In this document: in pieces, positions 1-15,731 of the stretch
How positions within the stretch are numbered: the stretch's first letter is position 1
Layout: every line of letters starts with the position of its first letter
DNA from: Gemmatimonadota bacterium
GTDB taxonomy: Bacteria > Gemmatimonadota > Gemmatimonadetes > Gemmatimonadales > GWC2-71-9
DNA: 15,731 nucleotides
Reading direction: 5' to 3'
Assembly (NCBI GenBank): GCA_039588295.1
Contig: JBDHAB010000056.1
Location: forward strand, 1 to 15,731
The notes under the pieces: generated by a model
Told to the model about the DNA's origin: nothing
Seen by the model: only the letters and a program-made list of their open reading frames with translations
Databases searched by the model: none
Program-made: the position numbers and the translations under genes

Positions 1-114
1 AAGATGACGATTACGTTGATCACGCCGATCGCGATGGAGGAGGGGTTGCGGTTTGCGATTCGCGAGGGCGGCCGCACCGTCGGCGCCGGCGTGGTCACCA
101 ACATCCTGCAATAG
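1..114 (+). CDS. tuf: Elongation factor Tu, 3' end (partial, copy 1)
   Basis: Frame 1 reads [37 protein letters not shown], the EF-Tu C-terminal signature ([14 protein letters not shown]). TAG at 112-114. Not in the supplied ORF track. Confidence 0.98.
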   Translation, partial: KMTITLITPIAMEEGLRFAIREGGRTVGAGVVTNILQ

Positions 115-118
115 AGCC

Positions 119-271
119 GTGGCGAGAGACAAGGTCATCCTGGAGTGTACCGGCTGTAAGAGTCGGAACTACTTCACGACGAAGAACAAACGGACGCACC
201 CGGAGCGGATGGAGACGCGGAAGTTTTGTCCCCGCTGCGGTGGGCACCGCGCACATAAGGAGTCGAAGTAA
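119..271 (+). CDS. rpmG: 50S ribosomal protein bL33, Zn-binding (C+) type, 50 aa
   Basis: GTG at 119 gives [50 protein letters not shown] with two CxxC pairs. The ORF-track start at 53 overlaps tuf and was not used. Confidence 0.96.
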   Translation: MARDKVILECTGCKSRNYFTTKNKRTHPERMETRKFCPRCGGHRAHKESK

Positions 272-274
272 CTC

Positions 275-556
275 GTGGATCTGACGCTCGTCATCGTCGC
301 CGTGGTGGTCGTCGTGACGCTTGGGGCGCTCGTGATATGGCGTCAGCCGCTGTTCGCGTTTGCCGAGCGCTCGTCGGCGTTCACGCGAGAAGTGCGCGGC
401 GAGGTCCGGCGCGTGTCGTGGCCCACGTGGGACGATCTGCGGCGGTCGACCGTGGTGATCACGATCATCGTGATCATCTTGGGCATCATCATCGGTGTGA
501 TGGATTGGATCTTCTCGAGGATCCTCATCGATCTCTTCGGTCGGGTCTTCGGGTGA
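275..556 (+). CDS. secE: Preprotein translocase subunit SecE, 93 aa, with an apparent extra N-terminal TM helix
   Basis: Motif FTREVRGEVRRVSWPT followed by a long hydrophobic helix; lies between rpmG and nusG; AAGGAG at 257-262 upstream of GTG 275. Alternative in-frame GTG at 332. Confidence 0.93.
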   Translation: MDLTLVIVAVVVVVTLGALVIWRQPLFAFAERSSAFTREVRGEVRRVSWPTWDDLRRSTVVITIIVIILGIIIGVMDWIFSRILIDLFGRVFG

Positions 557-567
557 TTGGAACCGCC

Positions 568-1110
568 ATGGAGCATCGCTGGTACGCGATTCAGACGACC
601 GCGGGACACGAGAACAAAGTGCGGTCGTTGATTGAGCGGAAGATCGACGCGGATGCTCGGTCGGAGGAAGAACGACCGATTCGCCAGGCCCTGGTCCCCA
701 CCCAGCAGTTGGTGGAGATCAAGAACGGCAAGCGGGTGACGGTCGATCGGAAGGTCTTCCCGGGCTACGTGCTCGTCGAGATGCTGCTCAACCAGGAAAC
801 GATGCACCTGATCAACGGCATCCAAGGCGTGATCAAGTTCGTCGGCCAGGGTTGGCAGCCGCAGGCCCTGCGCCAGGATGAGGTGAATCGGCTCCTCGGG
901 ATCGAGGAGGATGTCGAAGAGGAAGAGGTCAGGGAGGAGATCCCGTTCATGGTCGGTCAGGTGGTTGAGATCACGGAAGGGCCATTCTCCGACTTCAGCG
1001 GCACGGTGGAAGAGGTCCTGACCGACAAGGGGAAGGTTCGTGTGAGCGTGAGTCTCTTCGGCCGGCCGACGAGCGTGGAACTGGATTACCTGCAGCTGAA
1101 GGCGCATTAG
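568..1110 (+). CDS. nusG: Transcription termination/antitermination factor NusG, 180 aa
   Basis: ATG at 568. NGN domain (WYAIQTTAGHENKV...FPGYVLVEM) and KOW domain (VGQVVEITEGPFSDFSGTVEEV...VSLFGRPTSVEL) joined by an acidic linker. Confidence 0.97.
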   Translation: MEHRWYAIQTTAGHENKVRSLIERKIDADARSEEERPIRQALVPTQQLVEIKNGKRVTVDRKVFPGYVLVEMLLNQETMHLINGIQGVIKFVGQGWQPQALRQDEVNRLLGIEEDVEEEEVREEIPFMVGQVVEITEGPFSDFSGTVEEVLTDKGKVRVSVSLFGRPTSVELDYLQLKAH

Positions 1111-1188
1111 GCGGTCGGCGGTTCGCGCTGCACCGCGTTGTAGGGGAAGAGATCGGGCGGCACACCGCCTACGCGCACCACGGCGTCA

Positions 1189-1222
1189 CGTGGGAGCCTG
1201 GGTTCGCACCCAGTGCGTTACG
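1189..1222 (+). promoter_or_regulatory. Putative uL1-binding translational operator in the rplK leader
   Basis: GGGAGC-CTGGGT-TCGC-ACCCAG-T-GCGTTA (1192-1220) has the same frame as the E. coli rplK leader as I recall it (GGGAGC-stem loop-GCGTTA). A lower CGTG/TACG helix (1189-1192/1219-1222) abuts the SD GAGG (1222-1225). Confidence 0.7.
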
Positions 1223-1230
1223 AGGTTGAG

Positions 1231-1668
1231 ATGGCCAGAAAAACGACGAAGAAGGTAACTGCGTTCGTCAAACTGCAGGTGCCCGCCGGCCAGGCGACAC
1301 CGGCACCTCCGGTTGGCACTGCGCTGGGTCCGCACGGTGTCAACATCATGGACTTCTGCAAGCAGTTCAACGCGAAGACGCAGTCCCAGGCGGGGACCAT
1401 CATTCCCATTGAGCTCACCGTCTATCAGGATCGGAGCTTCTCGTTCATCACGAAGACGCCGCCCGCGGCCGTGCTCTTGAAGCAAGAGGCCGGGCTCGAA
1501 AAGGCCTCGGGTATGCCCAATCGAGACAAGGTGGGTACGGTGACGAACGATCAGGTCCGGAAGATCGCCGAGCTCAAGATGCCTGACTTGAACGCGAGCG
1601 ACGTCGAGGCCGCGATGCGGATCGTCGCCGGAACGGCGCGATCCATGGGAATCGAGGTGCGGGACTGA
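1231..1668 (+). CDS. rplK: 50S ribosomal protein uL11, 145 aa
   Basis: ATG at 1231 after [42 protein letters not shown] and [13 protein letters not shown] motifs. Confidence 0.98.
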   Translation: MARKTTKKVTAFVKLQVPAGQATPAPPVGTALGPHGVNIMDFCKQFNAKTQSQAGTIIPIELTVYQDRSFSFITKTPPAAVLLKQEAGLEKASGMPNRDKVGTVTNDQVRKIAELKMPDLNASDVEAAMRIVAGTARSMGIEVRD

Positions 1669-2357
1669 TGCCGGTGGCGGGGAAGAAGTTCCGGGCGGCT
1701 GAAGCCACGATCGATCGTCAGCGACTCTATCAGCCGCGGGAGGCGCTGGAGTCCGTGAGGTCGGCCGCGTTCGCCAAGTTCGACGAATCGATCGATCTGG
1801 CGGTCCACCTCGGGGTGGATCCACGGCACGCGGATCAAATTGTCCGCGGCACCGTGGTGCTCCCCCACGGTACCGGCAAGCAGGTTCGGGTGTTGGTCTT
1901 GTCACAAGGCGAGAAGGCGAAGGAAGCCGAGGCGGCCGGCGCGGACTTTGTGGGACCGGAGTACATCGAAAAGATCAAGGGTGGGTGGCTCGACTGCGAT
2001 GTCGTGATCGCCACGCCGGACATGATGGGCCAGGTCGGACCCCTGGGCCGGATTCTCGGGCCGCGCGGCCTCATGCCGAACCCGAAGTCGGGCACGGTCA
2101 CGATGGACGTGGCCCGGGCGGTCGGGGAGGTCAAGGCGGGCAAGATCGAGTTCCGGGTCGATCGGACGGGCAATCTCCACGCGCCCGTGGGCAAGGTCTC
2201 GTTCTCCGTCGACAATCTCGACGAGAACCTGGCGACCTTCCTGGATGCCGTGGTACGGGCCAAGCCCGCGGCCGCCAAGGGGACCTATATCCAGTCGATC
2301 ACGCTATCGAGCTCGATGGGGCCCGGCGTACACATTGATCCGGCGGGGTACCGATGA
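1668..2357 (+). CDS. rplA: 50S ribosomal protein uL1, 229 aa
   Basis: [52 protein letters not shown] and SSSMGPG motifs; TGATG overlap with rplK. Confidence 0.98.
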   Translation: MPVAGKKFRAAEATIDRQRLYQPREALESVRSAAFAKFDESIDLAVHLGVDPRHADQIVRGTVVLPHGTGKQVRVLVLSQGEKAKEAEAAGADFVGPEYIEKIKGGWLDCDVVIATPDMMGQVGPLGRILGPRGLMPNPKSGTVTMDVARAVGEVKAGKIEFRVDRTGNLHAPVGKVSFSVDNLDENLATFLDAVVRAKPAAAKGTYIQSITLSSSMGPGVHIDPAGYR

Positions 2358-2875
2358 ACCGCACCAAGAAGCACGATGTCGTGGCCAAGCTGAGCGCTCG
2401 GCTCCAGGAGTCTCCGAATCTGTACCTGACCGACTTCACCGGGCTGTCGGTCAAGCCGATGACCGAGTTGCGCCGGAAGTTGCGCGATGTCGGTGTCGAG
2501 TACGTCGTGGTGAAGAACACCTTGGCGTTACGGGCGTTGGGGTCCGCGTCCGTCGAGGGACTGGACGCGGAGCTGGCCGGCCCGACTGGCATCGTGTTGG
2601 CGGGCTCAGAGCCCGTGGCGGCGGCGAAGGTGCTCGCCACCTTCCAGAAGGAGTACGAGGCCCTGACGTTCAAAGTCGGGCTCGTCGAGGGACGCACCGT
2701 GTCGCCTGACGCGATCAAGCGGCTCGCCACGCTTCCTTCGCGGGATGAGTTGATGGGCCAGATGGCCGGCGCGTTCCAGGCGCCGCTGCAAGGATTCGTG
2801 GGAGCCCTGACCGGACTCCTCCATCAGTTTGTTGGTGCGGTTGAGGCGCTGCGCGCCCAACGCGCCGGTGCCTAA
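2354..2875 (+). CDS. rplJ: 50S ribosomal protein uL10, 173 aa
   Basis: [29 protein letters not shown] and [10 protein letters not shown] motifs; ATGA overlap with the rplA stop. Confidence 0.97.
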   Translation: MNRTKKHDVVAKLSARLQESPNLYLTDFTGLSVKPMTELRRKLRDVGVEYVVVKNTLALRALGSASVEGLDAELAGPTGIVLAGSEPVAAAKVLATFQKEYEALTFKVGLVEGRTVSPDAIKRLATLPSRDELMGQMAGAFQAPLQGFVGALTGLLHQFVGAVEALRAQRAGA

Positions 2876-2902
2876 GACCCAGTGGCAGAGAGAGACGCAA
2901 GC

Positions 2903-3298
2903 ATGGCTACTAAGACCGTGAGCAAGGACGACATCCTCGACGCGATCGGCAACATGTCGGTGACGGATCTCGCCGACCTGATCGACGCGTTCAAGGAGAA
3001 GTTCAACGTCACGATCGCCGCCGCCCCCATGGCCGCACCCGCGGGTGCCGGGGCGGAGGGCGGTGCAGCCGAGGCTGCCGAGGAGAAGACGGATTTCACC
3101 GTGATGCTGACCTCGGCGGGTTCGAAGAAGATCCAGGTCATCAAGGTCGTCCGCGAGGTTACGTCGTTGGGGCTCAAGGAGGCCAAGGATCTGGTGGACT
3201 CCGCGCCGAAGCCGGTGAAGGAAGGCGTGACGAAGGACGAGGCCGAAGCTGTCAAAGCGAAGCTCGAGGAGCAAGGCGCGACTGTCGAGCTGACGTAG
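2903..3298 (+). CDS. rplL: 50S ribosomal protein bL12 (L7/L12), 131 aa
   Basis: ATG at 2903; Ala/Gly hinge, [37 protein letters not shown] 2882 is a less likely start. Confidence 0.97.
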   Translation: MATKTVSKDDILDAIGNMSVTDLADLIDAFKEKFNVTIAAAPMAAPAGAGAEGGAAEAAEEKTDFTVMLTSAGSKKIQVIKVVREVTSLGLKEAKDLVDSAPKPVKEGVTKDEAEAVKAKLEEQGATVELT

Positions 3299-3307
3299 CC
3301 GAGAGCG

Positions 3308-3332
3308 ACCTCCGGCCGTTGGGGCCGGAGGT
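3308..3332 (+). repeat. Perfect 10-bp inverted repeat (hairpin) just after the rplL stop
   Basis: ACCTCCGGCC (3308-3317), loop GTTGG, GGCCGGAGGT (3323-3332). No U-tract follows. Confidence 0.75.
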
Positions 3333-3402
3333 GCAGCCACGGTCCTACGTCAGCGAGACGGTATGCACGCACAGTTGCTCGACAACCCTGCTCGTACAGC
3401 GA

Positions 3403-3464
3403 GCCCCGATCGGCGCTCTGGCCGCCATGCAGGCGGTTCGGGACGGCCGGGGCCCTTTGTGTTT
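3403..3464 (+). terminator. Candidate rpoB leader attenuator (long hairpin plus U-rich tail)
   Basis: Outer stem GCCCCG (3403-3408)/CGGGGC (3448-3453); inner stem GGCCGCC/GGCGGTT (3420-3426/3432-3438); then TTTGTGTTT (3456-3464) directly before SD GAGGA (3465-3469). E. coli has an attenuator in the rplL-rpoB spacer. Confidence 0.5.
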
Positions 3465-3475
3465 GAGGAAAGCCA

Positions 3476-7969
<4,494 letters not shown>

Positions 7970-7975
7970 CGAACG

Positions 7976-12259
<4,284 letters not shown>

Positions 12260-12265
12260 GACCGC

Positions 12266-12312
12266 GCGCCGAGCCGGGTATCCCGATCACGCAGCGGATG
12301 CCCGGCCGGCGC
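12266..12312 (+). terminator. Strong hairpin after rpoC without a U-tract (possible terminator or 3'-end stabiliser)
   Basis: GCGCCG (12266-12271)/CGGCGC (12307-12312) and GCCGGGTATCC (12273-12283)/GGATGCCCGGC (12296-12306, one G-U pair); starts 7 nt after the rpoC stop. Confidence 0.5.
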
Positions 12313-12343
12313 CCGGACCGCCACTGTAAGTTCCGTCCCACGC

Positions 12344-12372
12344 TTGACCTAGCAGGTTTCCGCCTCTAAATT
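12344..12372 (+). promoter_or_regulatory. Sigma70-type promoter of the str operon
   Basis: TTGACC (12344-12349), 17-nt spacer, TAAATT (12367-12372), 66 nt upstream of the rpsL ATG. Confidence 0.8.
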
Positions 12373-12438
12373 CCCAAGTCTATCGCATTTTGGGGATTCG
12401 CCCCGGTGCGGCGTGTGTCGTCTGTTGGACCGAGGGGT

Positions 12439-12810
12439 ATGCCGACCATCAACCAGCTGGTCCGCCACGGGCGGAAGAGTGTACCGAAGCACGAGAAGTC
12501 GCCGGCGTTGCGGGGCAACCCGCAGAAGCGCGGCGTGTGCACCCGGGTCTATACGACGACACCGAAGAAGCCGAATTCGGCCTTGCGCAAGGTGGCACGG
12601 GTGCGGCTGACCAATGGCTTCGAGGTGACGAGCTACATCCCGGGCGAAGGTCACAACCTCCAGGAGCACAGCATCGTGCTCATTCGGGGCGGCCGGGTGA
12701 AGGACTTGCCAGGTGTGCGCTACCACATCATTCGCGGCACACTCGACGCAGCCGGGGTGAGCGATCGCAAGCAGCGCCGTTCGAAGTACGGCGCCAAGAG
12801 GCCGAAATGA
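12439..12810 (+). CDS. rpsL: 30S ribosomal protein uS12, 123 aa
   Basis: MPTINQLVR...[27 protein letters not shown]...[16 protein letters not shown] at 12439 after GAGGGG. Confidence 0.99.
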   Translation: MPTINQLVRHGRKSVPKHEKSPALRGNPQKRGVCTRVYTTTPKKPNSALRKVARVRLTNGFEVTSYIPGEGHNLQEHSIVLIRGGRVKDLPGVRYHIIRGTLDAAGVSDRKQRRSKYGAKRPK

Positions 12811-13277
12811 GCCGACGTAGCCGCGCCACGCGACGTCCCGTACCGGCCGACCCGCGGTATGACAGCCAGACGGTCTCCAAGTTCATCAACCGCCTGATGC
12901 GGGACGGTGAGAAATCGACGGCTGAAGGCGTGTTCTATGCCGCGATGGACCTGATCGAGCAGCGGACCGGGCAACCGGGCGTGCAGGTCTTCAAGCAGGG
13001 CCTCAACAACGTGAAGCCGGTGGTCGAGGTCAAGAGCCGCCGGGTGGGTGGCGCGACGTATCAGGTGCCGATCGAGGTCCGGCCCGACCGGCGGGCGACG
13101 TTGGCAATGCGGTGGCTCGTACACTATGCGCGCGAGCGCAATGAGAAGTCGATGGCGGAACGGCTTGGCGCGGAGTTGATCCTCGCCTCGAAGGGTGAGG
13201 GCAACTCGGTGAAGAAAAAGGAAGACACCCACCGGATGGCGGAGGCGAATCGCGCCTTTGCCCACTATCGGTGGTAG
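12807..13277 (+). CDS. rpsG: 30S ribosomal protein uS7, 156 aa
   Basis: MSRRSRA...[18 protein letters not shown]...[19 protein letters not shown] overlap with rpsL. Confidence 0.99.
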   Translation: MSRRSRATRRPVPADPRYDSQTVSKFINRLMRDGEKSTAEGVFYAAMDLIEQRTGQPGVQVFKQGLNNVKPVVEVKSRRVGGATYQVPIEVRPDRRATLAMRWLVHYARERNEKSMAERLGAELILASKGEGNSVKKKEDTHRMAEANRAFAHYRW

Positions 13278-13285
13278 CCATTTAG

Positions 13286-13474
13286 GTCGGAGGCGCTAGG
13301 GGTCTACCCGGCGCCGAACGCCTAGCTACAACTCGCGGAGTCCTCGGCATGAGGACATCCGACGGCGCAGGGCTGGAGAGCCCGGCCGATTGCGGAGCGA
13401 GACCTGTCCGCCTGACGGACGACGGTCGCCCCGCTTTTTCGCTGCCTTGGGAGCAGCGCGGTTGGGACGGACAG
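13286..13474 (+). ncRNA. Candidate structured cis-regulatory RNA in the rpsG-fusA spacer
   Basis: Six helices readable by eye: 13286-91/13358-63, 13295-300/13321-26, 13340-45/13351-56, 13370-74/13379-83, 13392-410/13416-34, 13440-45/13453-58. No family recognised. Confidence 0.45.
13392..13439 (+). terminator. Intrinsic-terminator-like hairpin plus T5 upstream of fusA (possible attenuator)
   Basis: Interrupted stem GCGG-A-GCGA-ga-CC-TGTCCG, loop CCTGA, CGGACG-ac-GG-TCGC-C-CCGC, followed at once by TTTTT (13435-13439). Confidence 0.55.
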
Positions 13475-13492
13475 TACGAATGCCAGGGTGAT

Positions 13493-15589
13493 ATGTCGCG
13501 AACGACACCGTTAGAGAAAATCCGGAACATCGGCATCATGGCGCACATTGATGCCGGGAAGACGACGACCACGGAACGGGTTCTCTATTACGCGGGTCGG
13601 ACGTACAAGCTCGGCGAGGTGCACGAAGGCACTGCCACGATGGACTGGATGGAACAGGAGCAGGAGCGGGGAATCACCATCACCTCGGCTGCGACGTTCT
13701 GTCAGTGGCAGCGGTTTGGCGAATTGTTCCAGATCAACATCATCGACACCCCGGGGCACGTAGACTTCACCGTCGAAGTCGAGCGATCGCTGCGCGTGCT
13801 CGACGGGGCGGTGACGTTACTCGACGCCGTCGGCGGGGTCGAGCCCCAGACCGAGACGGTGTGGCGGCAGGCCGATCGGTATGACGTGCCGCGGATCGCG
13901 TTCGTCAACAAGATGGACCGGGTCGGGGCGGACTTTGACCGGTGCGTCGCCATGATGCGGGAGCGGCTCGGTGCGCCGGCGTTTCCTGTGCAGTACCCGC
14001 TCGGCAGCGGCGAGCTGTTTACCGGGCTCATCGACATCGTCCGGCAAGTCGAGGTCGTGTACGATGAGGATTCGCTCGGGGTCAGCTGGGTCGAAGGACC
14101 CGTGCCCGAGGCGTTCCAGGAGAGGGTGGCGCAGTTGCGGCACGATCTCATCGAGGCGGCGGTCGAGCACGATGAGGAGATCCTCCACAAGTACCTGGAG
14201 GGTGAGGAGCTCTCCGATGATGAGCTTCGACGGGCGATTCGGAACGCGACCCTGGCGAATCGGCTCGTCCCGGTGTTCTGCGGCGCAGCGTTCAAGAACA
14301 AGGGTGTACAGCGATTGCTCGACGGGGTCATCGACTACCTGCCGAGCCCGCTCGACGTGCCGCCGGTGTCGGGTCATCTGCCGCATCACGACGAGACGTT
14401 CGTCACCCGGGAGGCGTCGGACGATGTGCCGTTCAGCGCTCTGGCGTTCAAGATCGCGACGGATCCCTACGTCGGGAAGTTGACCTTCTTCCGCGTCTAT
14501 TCCGGCATGCTGGAGTCGGGATCGTACGTCCACAACTCGACCAAGGATCGCCGCGAGCGGGTCAGTCGGTTGCTCCAGATGCACGCGAACAAGCGTGAGG
14601 AAGTGCAAGAAGTCCGCGCGGGAGACATCGCGGCGGCGATCGGGCTCAAGGCGACGCGAACCGGAGACACGCTGTGCGACGCGGACAATCCAGTCATCCT
14701 CGAGGCGATGCGCTTTCCGGAGCCGGTCATCTCCGTTGCCATTGAGCCGAGGACGAAAGCCGACCAGGACAAGCTGTCCGCAGCGTTGTTGAAGCTCTCG
14801 GAGGAGGATCCGACCTTCCAGGTTCGCTCGGATGCGGAGACGGCACAGACCATCATCTCGGGGATGGGCGAGTTGCACCTGGACATTCTCGTCGATCGCA
14901 TGAAGCGGGAGTTCAAGGTCGAGGCGAATGTCGGGCGGCCGCAGGTGGCCTACCGTGAGACGATTCGCGAGCGGGTCGAGAGTGTCGAGAGCAAGTTCGT
15001 ACGGCAGACCGGCGGGCGGGGCCAGTACGCCCACGTCGTCATCAACCTCGAGCCCACCGAGCCCGGATACGGGTTCGTGTTCGAGGACAAGATCGTGGGT
15101 GGGGCGATCCCACGGGAGTACATCAGTCCCGTCGAGCAAGGGATCAAGGTGGCACTGGAGAACGGCGTCATCGCGGGCTACCCGGTGGTCGATGTGAAGG
15201 TGGAGCTGGTGGACGGGAGCTACCACGAGGTGGATTCGAACGAGATGGCGTTCAAGGTGGCGGGCTCGATGGTGCTGAAGGAGGCGGTGGGGAAAGCGCG
15301 TCCGGTGCTGCTGGAGCCGATCATGGACGTGGAGGTCGTAACGCCCTCCGAGTACATGGGCGATGTGATCGGCGATCTCAACAGCCGCCGGGGCAAGATT
15401 GGCGGCATGTTGCGGCGAGGGGAAGCGCAGGTGATCGGTGCGAGCGTGCCGCTCGGGGAAATGTTCGGGTATTCCACCACGCTGCGGTCCCTCAGTCAGG
15501 GGCGGGCGGTGTACTCCATGCAGTTTTCACACTACGCGCAGGCTCCCAAGGGTGCCGTGGAAGAGGTCGCGGCGCGGGGCGCGGCGTAG
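13493..15589 (+). CDS. fusA: Elongation factor G, 698 aa
   Basis: [69 protein letters not shown] 13493 preceded by AGGGTGAT. Confidence 0.98.
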   Translation: MSRTTPLEKIRNIGIMAHIDAGKTTTTERVLYYAGRTYKLGEVHEGTATMDWMEQEQERGITITSAATFCQWQRFGELFQINIIDTPGHVDFTVEVERSLRVLDGAVTLLDAVGGVEPQTETVWRQADRYDVPRIAFVNKMDRVGADFDRCVAMMRERLGAPAFPVQYPLGSGELFTGLIDIVRQVEVVYDEDSLGVSWVEGPVPEAFQERVAQLRHDLIEAAVEHDEEILHKYLEGEELSDDELRRAIRNATLANRLVPVFCGAAFKNKGVQRLLDGVIDYLPSPLDVPPVSGHLPHHDETFVTREASDDVPFSALAFKIATDPYVGKLTFFRVYSGMLESGSYVHNSTKDRRERVSRLLQMHANKREEVQEVRAGDIAAAIGLKATRTGDTLCDADNPVILEAMRFPEPVISVAIEPRTKADQDKLSAALLKLSEEDPTFQVRSDAETAQTIISGMGELHLDILVDRMKREFKVEANVGRPQVAYRETIRERVESVESKFVRQTGGRGQYAHVVINLEPTEPGYGFVFEDKIVGGAIPREYISPVEQGIKVALENGVIAGYPVVDVKVELVDGSYHEVDSNEMAFKVAGSMVLKEAVGKARPVLLEPIMDVEVVTPSEYMGDVIGDLNSRRGKIGGMLRRGEAQVIGASVPLGEMFGYSTTLRSLSQGRAVYSMQFSHYAQAPKGAVEEVAARGAA

Positions 15590-15620
15590 GCTCGGGTGAG
15601 TTTCGGACATTAAGATCTAG

Positions 15621-15731
<111 letters not shown>

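Noticed and set aside
337..567. 77-aa N-terminal extension of NusG suggested by the ORF track
   Set aside because: It is an alternative frame of secE; NusG similarity begins at ATG 568.
12390..12806. 295-aa version of S7 and the extended S12 start at 12406
   Set aside because: The S7 extension is an alternative frame of rpsL; canonical N-termini begin at 12439 (MPTINQL) and 12807 (MSRR).
13322..13360. Resemblance to a hammerhead stem II (GAGTCC...GGAC) and to the 10-23 DNAzyme core (CTAGCTACAAC)
   Set aside because: The hammerhead CUGANGA and GAAA elements are missing. The DNAzyme match is partial and to a synthetic molecule, so it is treated as coincidence.

Overview
GC-rich bacterial core-genome window containing the fused 'rif' and 'str' clusters, all on the + strand: tuf (3' end), rpmG, secE, nusG, rplK, rplA, rplJ, rplL, rpoB, rpoC, then a sigma70-type promoter, rpsL, rpsG, a 215-nt structured spacer, fusA and tuf (5' end). 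The RNA polymerase indel pattern suggests Gemmatimonadota; this is from recall, not a search. I see no mobile element, CRISPR array, tRNA, intein or defence system, and no new multi-gene system can be supported. The best leads are within or between housekeeping genes: (1) a 162-aa RpoB insertion bounded by an exact 8-aa direct repeat (LLRLAGLR) whose copies differ only at synonymous sites; (2) a multi-hairpin RNA between rpsG and fusA with a U-tailed terminator-like stem and an in-frame upstream ATG; (3) no L10 leader (rplA and rplJ overlap) while an L1-type operator remains before rplK; (4) C-poor third codon positions in the tuf fragments with an abrupt boundary; (5) a two-TM SecE and no tRNA between rpmG and secE. 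Structures and alignments were worked out by eye.
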